The notes below the pieces were generated by a model. It saw nothing but the letters and a program-made list of their open reading frames with translations, ran no database searches and was not told the origin of the DNA. A program made the translations under genes and the position numbers. Positions 11,407 to 21,729 of a DNA stretch of 64,000 bases are shown here, piece after piece (within the stretch, counting starts at the first letter, position 1; the number at the start of each line of letters is the position of its first letter). The DNA comes from Trypanosoma brucei (taxonomy: Eukaryota). The DNA lies in assembly GCA_000002445.1 (NCBI GenBank), contig CM000208.1, forward strand, positions 96,001-160,000. The letters run 5' to 3'.

Positions 11407-12840
11407 ATGACTTCCGTGGGGTTCCCTTGTGACATGAACACAAGTTCTTCACTCACCTTTTTGGCGAACTTTTATTTCCACACCAAAAATGGTGTGGATA
11501 AAAATGTAAGAACGACTGACCGCTCACGGATGGAGTTTTGGGTGCAGCGGCTGCCCACCGTAATTCTTCAAGAAATTTTCATGGAAGTTATTAGAAGTGA
11601 TGGATTTTGTTTTGCGTGGGTGGGTATACTTTCCAGCGTGTGTCGGTCGTGGTATTGTGCGTGTCAACATCCCGTCATGTGGGCATTTATGGCTAAAAAG
11701 GTGTTTGTGGCATATCCGCTTGTGCTGCGGGCGCAAGCCGTTCCCGAAGACAAAACAAACCTGCGAATGCGAAGTGTTTCGAATCCCATTATTGATGATG
11801 CTGATGATTTTGGCACTGTTTCAAATTCTCGCGATGCAATGGAACTGCCAACTCTAATGACCAACCAGTCTTTGCGTCGGGCCATAGAAGATGTGAGGCT
11901 TTTCGACGAGAGACGAAGTTATCATACTTATGTTAGACAAATACGTGTGCTTGTGCTGGGAATGATGCTGTCAGGCACACTTTTGCTCTTCTCCATGTTT
12001 CTATTCGTCACAGTTTGCGTCCTTGAGGGAATCAAATTGGGGGGAGTATTCACAACTTATGCCGCACTCTCTTTCTTGTGGGCAACGTACTGGGGTATTT
12101 TTACCATCATCATTGCAAACATTGTGATGGAAGCGCACTTTGAACCCACCCCACTCTTTCCGCGTCTGCGAAAGAATAAGCCGTTGATACTTACTTCAAC
12201 TGCTATACTGCTGATAGGCCTCTTCACTTTAGTTCTCCCAACCTTGTTGGTGCACATCAATTTAACCCGTGAGGAAAAGTTCAGTTGGATGTGGTGTGGG
12301 GCCACGCCGCTCCTTTTCCTCCTCAGTTGGCAATTGTACGTCGTTTTGTCTTGCTTCTCTCCTAGCAAATGGGGTGAATTGTTAAGATCACCGCATGTAG
12401 TTCTCAGACCTATGAAAGTGGTCATGTCGCTCATTTTGAATATCCCTCATGCGTTCCCATTTTGCTGCGCTGTGGCTTTATATTCTCTTCTGCAATACAT
12501 TCAATATGGCGGTCGTACATATTTGCTTGTTGCTGTATTTCCTCTGCTTGCTAGTCTTCCCATTCTTTCTACGTTATTGCTACTCGATTTCTACATGAAG
12601 CGCCAAATGCGAGATCTATTGACCGGAGTTTCTCTTCTCCTCGCATCAATTTTCCCCCTTTCGTTGTTTTGGACGGATTTTCGTGGATTTTCTCTTCTAC
12701 CACTGGCGGCTGCTTCTCTTCTTTTGTTTATCACACATTTCCGGCAGGTGGCGCAGCAGTCGATGTTGGAACTTGTAGAGGAGATCCAGCGAAACCGAAG
12801 GCCCGCGAGGTGGCGGCGCAGTCACTCTGTGCGAATGTAG
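11407..12840 (+). CDS. multi-pass transmembrane protein with N-terminal F-box-like motif
   Basis: The ORF-track start at 11368 is TTG. The first ATG is at 11407, with alternative ATGs at 11434 and 11530; 11530 (MEFWVQRLPTVILQEIF...) is immediately followed by the motif. LPTVILQEIFMEVIRSDGFCFAWVGILSSVCRSWY fits the F-box consensus (LPxEIL..IF..L.........VCK.W). Downstream there are at least 8 hydrophobic segments. Confidence 0.55.
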   Translation: MTSVGFPCDMNTSSSLTFLANFYFHTKNGVDKNVRTTDRSRMEFWVQRLPTVILQEIFMEVIRSDGFCFAWVGILSSVCRSWYCACQHPVMWAFMAKKVFVAYPLVLRAQAVPEDKTNLRMRSVSNPIIDDADDFGTVSNSRDAMELPTLMTNQSLRRAIEDVRLFDERRSYHTYVRQIRVLVLGMMLSGTLLLFSMFLFVTVCVLEGIKLGGVFTTYAALSFLWATYWGIFTIIIANIVMEAHFEPTPLFPRLRKNKPLILTSTAILLIGLFTLVLPTLLVHINLTREEKFSWMWCGATPLLFLLSWQLYVVLSCFSPSKWGELLRSPHVVLRPMKVVMSLILNIPHAFPFCCAVALYSLLQYIQYGGRTYLLVAVFPLLASLPILSTLLLLDFYMKRQMRDLLTGVSLLLASIFPLSLFWTDFRGFSLLPLAAASLLLFITHFRQVAQQSMLELVEEIQRNRRPARWRRSHSVRM

Positions 12841-14052
12841 TATTGAGTGTGTCAATCTTTTTTGTTTTTTTTTGTCTTTTTTTCTCCACTGTCTGTTGTT
12901 CTCCTTTTCTCTTTTCTCCTTTCTCTCTCTCTCTTTCTGTTGCGTTTCTTTCACAATTCGCCCACTTTATATCATCTGAACTCCCTTCACTTCACTGCTT
13001 TACGGTTTACCTTTGGAAAGACGAAAATGGATGTTTAGAGAAAAGGAACATGTGACCTTCATCGAATATTGGACTGGTATGGAAGCGAAGGAGCAAACAC
13101 AAAAACGTTTTTTTTCCAGTTGTTGAGCGGGTGATTTGAAGACGTAATTGGGTGTGCACACGTGTGCTTATTTTATAATTATTAATATTATTATGATTCG
13201 GGTGAAGTCGAAGGTGGGTAGTTTTGTAATATGGTGAGGAGATTTATTGCTGAGGTTATACCTATATCTTCTTTCCACTGTTTTTGGTATGGGTGGGTGG
13301 GAGGTTGTAATTTTATTTTAAATAAGTAGATATATATTTTTTATCTATTTGATTTCTTTTGTTCATGATATATTTATATTTTTTTCGTTTTATTCGTTTT
13401 ACTTTCAAATTCCCCCCTCCCCCCCAAAAAAAAATAATATGTTAAAAACAAGGGGGAAAAAGGAATATGACGGGAGGTAGTGGAGTGAGGTGATGTTTGG
13501 CTATCACGTGGCTAAAGTATGAGTTGGGCATCTCAGTTTGTAGATGCACAAACACACAAACACAAACATATATTTTGTTATAAAAAGAGGGGAGGGGAGG
13601 AAGAGAAAAACAGTGGGAGGGATGATAATAATGAATTACAAGTTTTTAAAGGCCAGTTGCCTCTTCAATTTTTTTGTTTGAAAAACTCAGCCACAACTTT
13701 CGTTCGGTTGTGGCGAGCGGTCTTTTTTTTTTATTTTTTAAATGTTGTTTGTTTTTCTTCAACCTTCCTTTTTTTATTTTTCTGGGGAATTGGTGACGTA
13801 TATTTGTTTCGAACAATTTTCAGAAGTGAAATGCCAGTGTATTAAAGGTTTTTGCATATACCATGCATCTTCTCGTAGTCCCTCTTTAACCCGACCTTTT
13901 TTGCTATGTTGTTGCCCTACTTTATCCTTTTTTTTGTTTTTGTGTTTCGTGTTACCTTTGCACTTTTTTTTCTTTTTGTTTTTTTTTCATTATTGTATTG
14001 CACTTGGGCTTGGTTTCCTTTTTAGTGCCTGTAGGAGAATTCTTGTTTCTCT

Positions 14053-16782
14053 ATGAACGAAAGTATTATTCAAGTGCCACTTTATGTATCCACATCAGCT
14101 TGGCGTAAGGAGGTACAACTGAGAGGCCTCTTGCGCAATCACCCGAGTATAATTGCACACAGTGATATTCTCCCACCTGCTACCACGGCCAAAGTTTTCA
14201 GCACAGCTCAGTTGGCAGCACACCACAGGGAAAATGTATTGGCTATTGGTTTAAATCCATTATCCACTTCAGGCGCTTGCGTTGGGCTCTTAACAATGGA
14301 AAGTGCGGAGGCAAAACTTAGTGGTATGTCAAAGATGCAGTGGTTGAATTTGCCATCAACCGAACCTTTGAGCAGCGTGGAATGGTGTGAGGGATCCCTT
14401 TTGGTTGGAACTAGTCGTGGTCGCATTGTTGTAGCAGATGTTAGTCCACAAACTGTTGAGGATTCTGATGGAGAATTGCAGCGTCGCACTTGCCTCGTAT
14501 GTAGTGAAGAGCAAACTCCTGTTGGAGACATAGTTGTGCCACCAAGCAAACATGCCGTGTCAACTCTTGTTCGGTGTGTGCGCAGTAACGCAGCCGTCTG
14601 TTCCTCAAGTGTGGTGGCGGTATGTGATAGTCGCGCAATGGTGTGGGATGTAAAGGGAGCTACACAACCTGTACATACGTGGGTTCCCAGTGTAGACAGC
14701 AGTAAAAATAGTCCAAATGAGCAGGAGCCTCTTTTGTTTGCACAATGGGTTCCAAACAGTGACTCTGTTGTACTCACTGGAAGCTACAGTGGTAGTCTTG
14801 TATTCACAGACATTCGCACCAAAGAGGGATCCACCTCCAAATTATCCCTTCCGGCCCGTCGAGGATGTATGGCTCGGTGTGCCGACTTTAACACATTGCT
14901 TCCATTTGCTCTTGCTACGGCATCTTCTGACGGTATCATTTCTGTATTTGATTGCCGGTATCCGAGCACTGCCGTCCGAACCATCCCCTCGTTGCACGGC
15001 GATATCATGTCTCTAAAGTATTTGAAGCTTCATTCAGACATTATTGCCACGGGTGGGGTTGACGGATCGGTGGTTTTGTGGAATCTTCGCTCTCTTCCAA
15101 CCTATCGCGTGGGTCGTGCGCAATACAAGTGCCCCGTTTTTGATCTTATTACAACTCCATGGTCTGTGGAGCAACATGTTATTGGTGTTACATGTGGTGG
15201 TGAATTGACTCTCACAGGTCTTGCGCAGGAGGCCATGGCAACGTTAGCCGTGCCAGTCACTGAGCGCCTTTCCAAACCATCTGGTCGTAGACAAGAGGAT
15301 AAAACCGCGGCAAATGAGGCGACAGAACTAATGGAACGTGAAAAATATGGTGTGGGTCTCCTGTATTCCCGTCGGTTACGTGAGGCATATGAAGTGATTG
15401 TCGATTGCGCTACAAAGCGCTTTGCGAGAAAGGAGATTACGATGGCAATGAGGTTAGCGGGTCTCCTGGACGTCAAAATGCTTCCGAAATTTGACTACAG
15501 GGCGAAGGTTGAGAGTTTTGAAGCGGAGGAGAAGTGCAAGCGTGAATTAGGTGTGGCGGCTTTGTCGCAGTCGCAAGTAATTGTAGCTTTTGAAGATGCA
15601 CTTGTCCGTTCGAGTCAGTGGCTCTTTCCATCACTTCTGTCTGAAAATATACGAGATCTTCAGAAGCCCGCCAAGCAAGATGTTACAAAACTGGAGGCGT
15701 TGCAATTGAATTTGCTTTTGCATAACAATATTGCTTCCGGGTGTATTGGAAGCGTCGTTGGTGGATTGCAGTATTTCATTGCTAATGGTGGGAATATTAG
15801 TCTTATAGATGCCAATACGGCATGCAGCATCGCAAAGAAATTGTTGGAAGTGAACGTTGCTGAAGGTCAAAAATTTGTGTCAACGTTGCTTTCGTTGGTG
15901 ATTGAACCTGATGGTACTGCTGTAGCCGATGCGCTTGCGAAACGTTTGCTCATAGTGGTTCAGGAGCCACTTGTTACGGCAGGGATGCCGGTACGCCAAG
16001 CAGGAAGACATGAGGAACTTTTTGTATCTGATTTGCTGAGCGCGAAGAGGGCAGTCGAAGTGCAAATGGAGATTCGAAGTTTAGGGATCGAAAACTACAA
16101 AGGAGTAATTGCTGCGGTGAACAAATATCAAGACCAATGTCTCAGAAATGGTGAGAGCGGCATATTTGGCTGGCTTGCTCAGGAACCGCTGATGCTATTT
16201 TTGAACTGCCTCACTGCAGACTCAAATTATGCTACATTTTTCTGGGCGTGTGTACAACTAATTGAGGCGCTGGCCGCGTGTCCGGGTATGCGAGAGGTTG
16301 AGGCTACACTCTTTGCTACAGTGAACAGCATCCACGTTGCTTCTAATCGCCTCCGAAGCCAACTGCAGGAGTTGGCTTCAAAACCGCGTTTTACCCCAGC
16401 GACAGTGCGAGAGGCGGGGAAAACTATAACAACAGTTCTCGACTTCTCTGTTGTCCTTCTTCGTGTTCAGTTGGAGTGCGAGAATGTTGCTCATGAAAGT
16501 GAAATGAGAACTGTACCACCCGTTATGTGTCGCATATTTGATATTTTGTCGTCAGCCTCATCAGACTTGCTGAAAGTGTGGGAAACAATTCTCGGTGTCT
16601 TGGTGGCGTGTCCCCTTCGCAGTCTTGTGCGAAAATGTTGCCTCACTGGAATGCGTAACTTTGCCCTGAAGGTGGAAGGCCTTCTTTCGCTTTCATCGAA
16701 GAAAGGCGGTGACGAAATGTTAAATGAAATACTCGACACATGTGACGAGTTCTTTGACAGAGTTGCTGAAGATGCTGATTGA
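14053..16782 (+). CDS. WD40-repeat protein (N-terminal beta-propeller plus C-terminal alpha-helical region)
   Basis: The 909-aa ORF starts at an ATG. WD-like repeats read directly include LTGSYSGSLVFTDIR, LATASSDGIISVFDCR and IATGGVDGSVVLWNLRSL. The C-terminal ~450 aa is predominantly helical and Leu/Ala-rich. The overall architecture is protocoatomer-like; a specific family cannot be assigned without a search. Confidence 0.7.
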   Translation: MNESIIQVPLYVSTSAWRKEVQLRGLLRNHPSIIAHSDILPPATTAKVFSTAQLAAHHRENVLAIGLNPLSTSGACVGLLTMESAEAKLSGMSKMQWLNLPSTEPLSSVEWCEGSLLVGTSRGRIVVADVSPQTVEDSDGELQRRTCLVCSEEQTPVGDIVVPPSKHAVSTLVRCVRSNAAVCSSSVVAVCDSRAMVWDVKGATQPVHTWVPSVDSSKNSPNEQEPLLFAQWVPNSDSVVLTGSYSGSLVFTDIRTKEGSTSKLSLPARRGCMARCADFNTLLPFALATASSDGIISVFDCRYPSTAVRTIPSLHGDIMSLKYLKLHSDIIATGGVDGSVVLWNLRSLPTYRVGRAQYKCPVFDLITTPWSVEQHVIGVTCGGELTLTGLAQEAMATLAVPVTERLSKPSGRRQEDKTAANEATELMEREKYGVGLLYSRRLREAYEVIVDCATKRFARKEITMAMRLAGLLDVKMLPKFDYRAKVESFEAEEKCKRELGVAALSQSQVIVAFEDALVRSSQWLFPSLLSENIRDLQKPAKQDVTKLEALQLNLLLHNNIASGCIGSVVGGLQYFIANGGNISLIDANTACSIAKKLLEVNVAEGQKFVSTLLSLVIEPDGTAVADALAKRLLIVVQEPLVTAGMPVRQAGRHEELFVSDLLSAKRAVEVQMEIRSLGIENYKGVIAAVNKYQDQCLRNGESGIFGWLAQEPLMLFLNCLTADSNYATFFWACVQLIEALAACPGMREVEATLFATVNSIHVASNRLRSQLQELASKPRFTPATVREAGKTITTVLDFSVVLLRVQLECENVAHESEMRTVPPVMCRIFDILSSASSDLLKVWETILGVLVACPLRSLVRKCCLTGMRNFALKVEGLLSLSSKKGGDEMLNEILDTCDEFFDRVAEDAD

Positions 16783-17158
16783 GTTCTAAAAGTTCATATT
16801 TGCCCTTCGTAGGTGTTCGGCGTCAAAGGCAGTTCCAATCCCACAGTGAGGGGAATGTTACCGTATTCGATTCCTTGATTCGATTTTTTTTTTTTGTGTG
16901 TGTGTGTGTCAGGGGAGGGGGGCGCTCTCTACGCTGTTCCTCATCCTTTACTGCCACTTTCTCCCCCGCATATTCCTCTTTTTTTTCTTTTTCCTCGTTT
17001 TCTTGGTTGGTGGAAACTGTTTCCTAATGTAAAGACTTACAGTAGCATTTGTAAATATAATTAATTAACGTGCTTTTTTTTGTGTGTGTGTGCGGTCACA
17101 CGCGTTGAGGCGTAAGGTGCATTCAGATTAGGGCGTTACGGACCATTAAACCGTCCAT

Positions 17159-18280
17159 ATGCGGGTAGCATCTTTTAGGGCATCTCTTGCTTCCTTCAGC
17201 TTTCACACCCGGTTTTACGCAGCCGGAAAGCCGGGGGTTCCGAGAGCTGGTTTTAAGGCACACGGGGATATTGGCGATGGCCGCAACGACCAACAGCAGT
17301 TGCAAAGTGCGAATCCATACAAATCACGGGAACACATGAACCACAAATGGTTAATTCTTATGTGCGTCGGCTGTTTAGCGGGGGGTTCAGCAGCGGGTCA
17401 CCTTACGGAGGTTGATGAAACTGCACTGAAACCACCTTTTAAGAAGTCGGATGTGCTTTCAAATATTTCCAAAACATTTGAATTCCGTCCTGACCTGGCA
17501 GCAATGGGTGTTCGTGTTGCGTTTCTTCTTGCTGCGCGCAGAGCAGGACTTACAACTGACTCCTTTGATGAGTCTTGCGCCGTTGCCCGTGGCCTTGAAG
17601 ACATCGCCGGAGTATTTCAGCAGCTTGGGACAATGTATCACATTTCAACTGAAGACGCCGCATCGCTGGTAGCTGTGGCTGCATTAAAGTTCTTAAAGGC
17701 CCCTTCTGAATCTATTGAAAATGCGTGGCGTTGGGGACGAAATGACACCGATGAGGCCCCACCGCGGAGGCGAAGAAATGATGAGAAATTCCCCGTAGAG
17801 GCCTCAGGTGTGCAGAGTTTACTTAAGGGGTTATGTGATCTCACTGATGCTGAGTGCGTAGCGTTGTTAGCATGCCACAGTGTTGGTGAATTTCACGAAC
17901 ACGTGAGTGGCTTGGACGGTGCCACACATATCGGGAGCCGTTACAAGCTAAGTAATGAGTATTATAAGTTTTTGTTGTCAAATGAGAAGCGTTTCTTCGA
18001 TCTTGAAGTTCCTAGGACGGAGGAAAATAAAGAAATACGTCGCCTACCGAAGAACTTTGTATGTGTTTATGCCAGCACTGGCAAGAGAGGAAAAAAAAAA
18101 CAGTGCGTTTTCAATAGGAGCGAGGTGGATGCCATTTTGAAGAATAGTACGTGGCGGAAACTTGCCGAGTACTACGCGGAGAACGAAGCGGCATGGGCCG
18201 AGGCATTCCAGTCGGGTTTCACAAAAATGATTGACAGTAATTTCAAGAGGTTGCGCCCATACGACGCATCAACAGATTAG
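17159..18280 (+). CDS. class I heme peroxidase-like protein (APX/CcP family) with degenerate distal site; probable true start at 17336
   Basis: The proximal-side region LLACHSVGEFHEHVSGLDGATHIGSRYKLSNEYYKFLLSNE resembles the ascorbate-peroxidase pattern ALSGAHTLG...ERSGFEGPWT...DNSYFKELLSGE. The distal motif RLAWH is replaced by RVAFL, so the distal His and Trp are absent. The in-frame Met at 17336 begins a signal/anchor-like segment (MNHKWLILMCVGCLAGGSAAG). The upstream 59 codons (ATG at 17159) look non-protein-like. Confidence 0.6.
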   Translation: MRVASFRASLASFSFHTRFYAAGKPGVPRAGFKAHGDIGDGRNDQQQLQSANPYKSREHMNHKWLILMCVGCLAGGSAAGHLTEVDETALKPPFKKSDVLSNISKTFEFRPDLAAMGVRVAFLLAARRAGLTTDSFDESCAVARGLEDIAGVFQQLGTMYHISTEDAASLVAVAALKFLKAPSESIENAWRWGRNDTDEAPPRRRRNDEKFPVEASGVQSLLKGLCDLTDAECVALLACHSVGEFHEHVSGLDGATHIGSRYKLSNEYYKFLLSNEKRFFDLEVPRTEENKEIRRLPKNFVCVYASTGKRGKKKQCVFNRSEVDAILKNSTWRKLAEYYAENEAAWAEAFQSGFTKMIDSNFKRLRPYDASTD

Positions 18281-18591
18281 TCTAGGATGCGTAGTCTTTA
18301 CTAATATTTTTTTGTTTTGTCTTTCACGGATCGAATAATTACACAACTCAGTTTCTCCACACTTGGTTTCCACGAAATTTCCTCATCCAGGGATTCCTCC
18401 ACGTGTGTTTGTGTTCGCACGGTATTATTATTATTATTAATGCTAATTGTTTGGCTTTGTCTCTCCCCCTTGTGACACTTCACCCGTCCATATTCTCGAC
18501 TACCGTTGTATTTTTTCGTTCTGCTTTTTTTTTTGTTGTTTATGCCAATTCCTTACTTTTTTTTAAAAAAAAACTCTTTAGAAAATTAGTC

Positions 18592-18996
18592 ATGTCCAAC
18601 CGAGGCTTTACCCCGCGTGCCATTATTCCACCAGCGGCACCTTCAAGCAGAGATAAGAGACCTGCAGGAGCACCATATGGAAAGAATTTAAACAACGCAA
18701 AGGCGACGGTGCCTGCACAGCAGCGGGTTCAGGGTTTAAAACAGAACCAACCGGCAAATAGTCATCCCCTTCCATGCGAGTCTTGCAGGGAACTTATGAA
18801 GTGCACACAAGACGCCCGACAGGCGTTAGAAAAAGTTTTACAAAATGCTCGAATGATATTTCTGGATGACACGCTGCACCATCAAATGGATGATGAGCGT
18901 TGGTTGCGGGTTCTACGAGCACTTGGTGGAAATAAGAGGGAATACTTTACGAGAATTCCTTCAAATTGCTTAACTGCTACGGATGCAACTCTTTGA
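18592..18996 (+). CDS. hypothetical small basic protein
   Basis: The ORF-track start at 18403 is GTG and its first 63 codons translate a polypyrimidine tract. The first ATG is at 18592 (MSNRGFTPRAIIPPAAP...), giving 134 aa on the + strand. No domain was recognised. Confidence 0.4.
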   Translation: MSNRGFTPRAIIPPAAPSSRDKRPAGAPYGKNLNNAKATVPAQQRVQGLKQNQPANSHPLPCESCRELMKCTQDARQALEKVLQNARMIFLDDTLHHQMDDERWLRVLRALGGNKREYFTRIPSNCLTATDATL

Positions 18997-19803
18997 GAGA
19001 GGGGCAGTGTGTTGTGAACAGCAGCGGTTAATATTTTGTGTTGGTGAATAAAGCGGTGCGCTGCCGCTCATTCGTATGTGGAGGGAACTGCCTGTGCGTA
19101 TATATATATATGTTTATTTTTTGTGTGTGTGTTGCTGTTGTTTGGTGTTTTTAGATCATTGTGTGGGAAACATTCTTTCGCATTCGCATTTTTACCACCG
19201 TCTTGCCTTTCTTAACGTTCTCTTTCCACTTGCAACTGTTGGTATCGGCCCTTTTATGCATTTTCCCCCATATGGAAATGCAGGGGCGGTTTGGGAGGAA
19301 ATAATCAACTATCTGCAGCGTTGTTATCTTTATTATAGTTGTTGTTACTGCAAACGAATTGTGTTGGTCCCTCTTAATTTGCACCTTTAACTGGCCTTGC
19401 TTCGATAACTCCTCCATTTCTTTTTTCTTTTTAAATGGTGACTGCGCATGTCATATTTATCTTTGTTGTTTCTTTTAATTCTGCTGTTCTGAATTGAACA
19501 AGTTAAGGCATTAGTCAAAACTCACAGCTCTGAAGGCGTGAATAAAAGTAGAAAAGAAAAGCAGCAGAGAAAAAAAAAAGAGGACGCCAGAGGCATTTAG
19601 GACCAAATAGGGGTGCCATTGATCAAAGGGAAGAGAAAAAAAACGAGAGGAAAGGAGGAGGGCGGGAGCAAAAAAGAAAAAGAAAAAAATTAATAATAAT
19701 TCATTGAAACTCTTGCATCTCTTTTTATTAGTATAGAGGGAATATTGCCGTTTCAAAAAAAAAAACTAGTAACAGAGAACCCTGTATAGGTCCATCACCT
19801 TAA

Positions 19804-21729
19804 ATGCCCGAGGCGTATATTGAGGAAACACAAAGTAAACTGGGGGCTGTTATTAGTTCCCCAAAGTTATCTGAGAAACTCCTTTTGAAACCTCCTTTCC
19901 GTTTTTTGCATGACATTGTCACCAGTTTTATTAAAGCAACTGGGTTCCCTGATGGTTTATATCCCGAAGATATGCTTGACAGTGCAAATGTATCCGATAA
20001 AGAAAAGAAGATACAATTCCTTAGTCTCCTTATTGCGGCCGTTGAGTCGGCAACGGGTTCAAAGGTGTCAGCCAATCCTTCTAAAATTGTCGCGGGACAT
20101 GAACCTGAGCAAACAAACGAATTACTTCAGTTACTTGCTTCTTGCGCTGCACTTCCGTCGGATAAAAAGGCAGCGGCCGTAAAGGCAGCAAAAAGTGCGG
20201 GAGACGCTACGAAATCATCAAGCAGCAAAGGCGGGGACGACGACGAGAAGCGCAAGCGACGCGAAGAAGAAAAGAAGAAACGAAAGGAAGAGGAAGGTGA
20301 TGGTGAAAAGAAGAAACATAAGGAAGAAGACGGCGAGAAAAAGAAGCACAAGGAGGAAGACGGCGAAAAGAAAAAACATAGGGAAGAGGATGGAGAAAGG
20401 AAGAAGCATAAAGAAGAGGACAGTGAGAAGAAGAAACGCAAGGAAGGAGAAGGGGAAGAAAAGAAGAAACATAAGGAAGAAGATGGTGAGAAAAAGAAAC
20501 GAAAAGAGGAGGAGGGAGACGGTGAAAAGAAAAAGCATAGAGACGAAGATGGAGAAAAGAAAAAGCATCGGGAGGATGATGGAGAAAGAAAGAAGCGAAA
20601 GGAAGAGGAAGGTGATGGTGAAAAGAAGAAACACAAGGAAGAAGATGGCGAGAAGAAGAAACGAAAAGAGGAGGAGGGAGACGAGAAGAAAAAACATAGG
20701 GAAGACGAAAGTGAGAGAAAGAAACGAAAGGAGGAAGATGGAGAGAAAAAGAAACGAAAAGAGGAAGAAGGAGAGAAAAAGAAACGGAAGGAGGAGGATG
20801 GTGATGGTGAAAAGAAGAAACGTAGGGACGAGGATGATGAGGAACGCCGTAGGAGACATGAAGAGAGGAAGCGACAAGAAAAGAAAGCTGCTGAGCAGGC
20901 GCAAGGTAGTGCCGGAGCTGAGCCATCTGAAGGTAAGGGTGCGGATGGTACTACAGAAGGTGCTACTGGCCAACAGCAATTACCAACACGTCAGCTTATC
21001 CGCAAATCGTCTGCGGGGAAAGCGCCACCACGTTCGAAGGCTTCGCACGAAGTTGTTGCTGATGATGGTAGTTCTGCAAATGTTGCTGAAGTGATCCGTG
21101 AGACGAAGCGTGGTGCTGCCGGGGAGGGTTCTAAAGAAGATGGAGAGGAAAATGATTGGATGCGTGTCGCTGAGCAACAGGCCGCACGACCAACGAAAGA
21201 CAGTGACGGCACTTTACAAGATGGTGAGGCAAAGGGATATCTCGGCCAGCAGGCTTTGCGAGCGAAGCGGGAGCAAGAAGAAGAGACCGCGCGTCTGGCG
21301 CAGGATGGTGGTGCACGAGGTCCTCGAGAGGGCGGTATTATTATTCACAGCAACAGGGCTGGTAAGAGCGGTGGCACCATGGCGGAGGGCGAACTCAGCA
21401 AACTTCGGCAACAACTTCAACTGTTGACGAAAGCTTCTAATCCTCTTGGAAAACTTTTGGAGTCGATTCACGATGACATCGACACAATGGGGCGGGAATT
21501 GGAAATGTGGAGATCGGAGGCACGCAGCCAGGCGCTTGCTGCTGCTGATGCACGCCGGCAAACAACAGAAAGTCTTCAGGAGGTACACGCCCAACTGCAG
21601 GCTCTAGAAGACGCTATAAGTGATCAAATATTGAAAAACCATAACATACGGCGCAATATCATCAGTAACGACAATGCCATTGCTGGAATGGTCCGCATGT
21701 TTGTTAATCCCGATGCCCTTACCCGTTAG
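19804..21729 (+). CDS. IFT54: intraflagellar transport protein IFT54 (MIP-T3/TRAF3IP1/DYF-11 family)
   Basis: The N-terminal domain ...LLLKPPFRFLHDIVTSFIKATGFPDGLY...KKIQFLSLLIAAV...PSKIVAGHEPEQTNELLQLLASCA matches the conserved MIP-T3 N-terminal (CH-like) domain (KPPFRYLHDI..., IVAGHEPERTNELLQ). The middle of the protein is a long Lys/Glu-rich low-complexity region, and the C-terminus is a coiled-coil (LRQQLQLLTKA...LQEVHAQLQALEDAI). This is the canonical IFT54 architecture. Confidence 0.85.
   Translation: MPEAYIEETQSKLGAVISSPKLSEKLLLKPPFRFLHDIVTSFIKATGFPDGLYPEDMLDSANVSDKEKKIQFLSLLIAAVESATGSKVSANPSKIVAGHEPEQTNELLQLLASCAALPSDKKAAAVKAAKSAGDATKSSSSKGGDDDEKRKRREEEKKKRKEEEGDGEKKKHKEEDGEKKKHKEEDGEKKKHREEDGERKKHKEEDSEKKKRKEGEGEEKKKHKEEDGEKKKRKEEEGDGEKKKHRDEDGEKKKHREDDGERKKRKEEEGDGEKKKHKEEDGEKKKRKEEEGDEKKKHREDESERKKRKEEDGEKKKRKEEEGEKKKRKEEDGDGEKKKRRDEDDEERRRRHEERKRQEKKAAEQAQGSAGAEPSEGKGADGTTEGATGQQQLPTRQLIRKSSAGKAPPRSKASHEVVADDGSSANVAEVIRETKRGAAGEGSKEDGEENDWMRVAEQQAARPTKDSDGTLQDGEAKGYLGQQALRAKREQEEETARLAQDGGARGPREGGIIIHSNRAGKSGGTMAEGELSKLRQQLQLLTKASNPLGKLLESIHDDIDTMGRELEMWRSEARSQALAAADARRQTTESLQEVHAQLQALEDAISDQILKNHNIRRNIISNDNAIAGMVRMFVNPDALTR
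20221..20896 (+). repeat. in-frame tandem decapeptide-coding repeat (about 20 copies of KKKHKEEDGE, 30-nt period) within IFT54
   Basis: Degenerate repeats ...GEKKKHKEEDGEKKKHKEEDGEKKKHREEDGERKKHKEEDSEKKKRKEGEGEEKKK... are visible in both the nucleotide sequence (gaaaagaagaaacataaggaagaagacggcgag...) and the translation. The repeat generates mirrored antisense ORFs at 20127..20979, which are artefacts. Confidence 0.9.

Noticed and set aside
17100-17335. GC-rich structured-looking sequence (gcagccggaaagccgggggttccgagagc) tested as a possible tRNA
   Set aside because: No acceptable cloverleaf, A/B boxes or TPsiC loop (GGTTCGA) could be found. It is more likely a 5'UTR.
20127-20979. Three long - strand ORFs (169-253 aa) rich in S/F/L/P inside IFT54
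   Set aside because: They are mirror translations of the Lys/Glu decapeptide-coding tandem repeat on the + strand. Their composition is low-complexity and artefactual.
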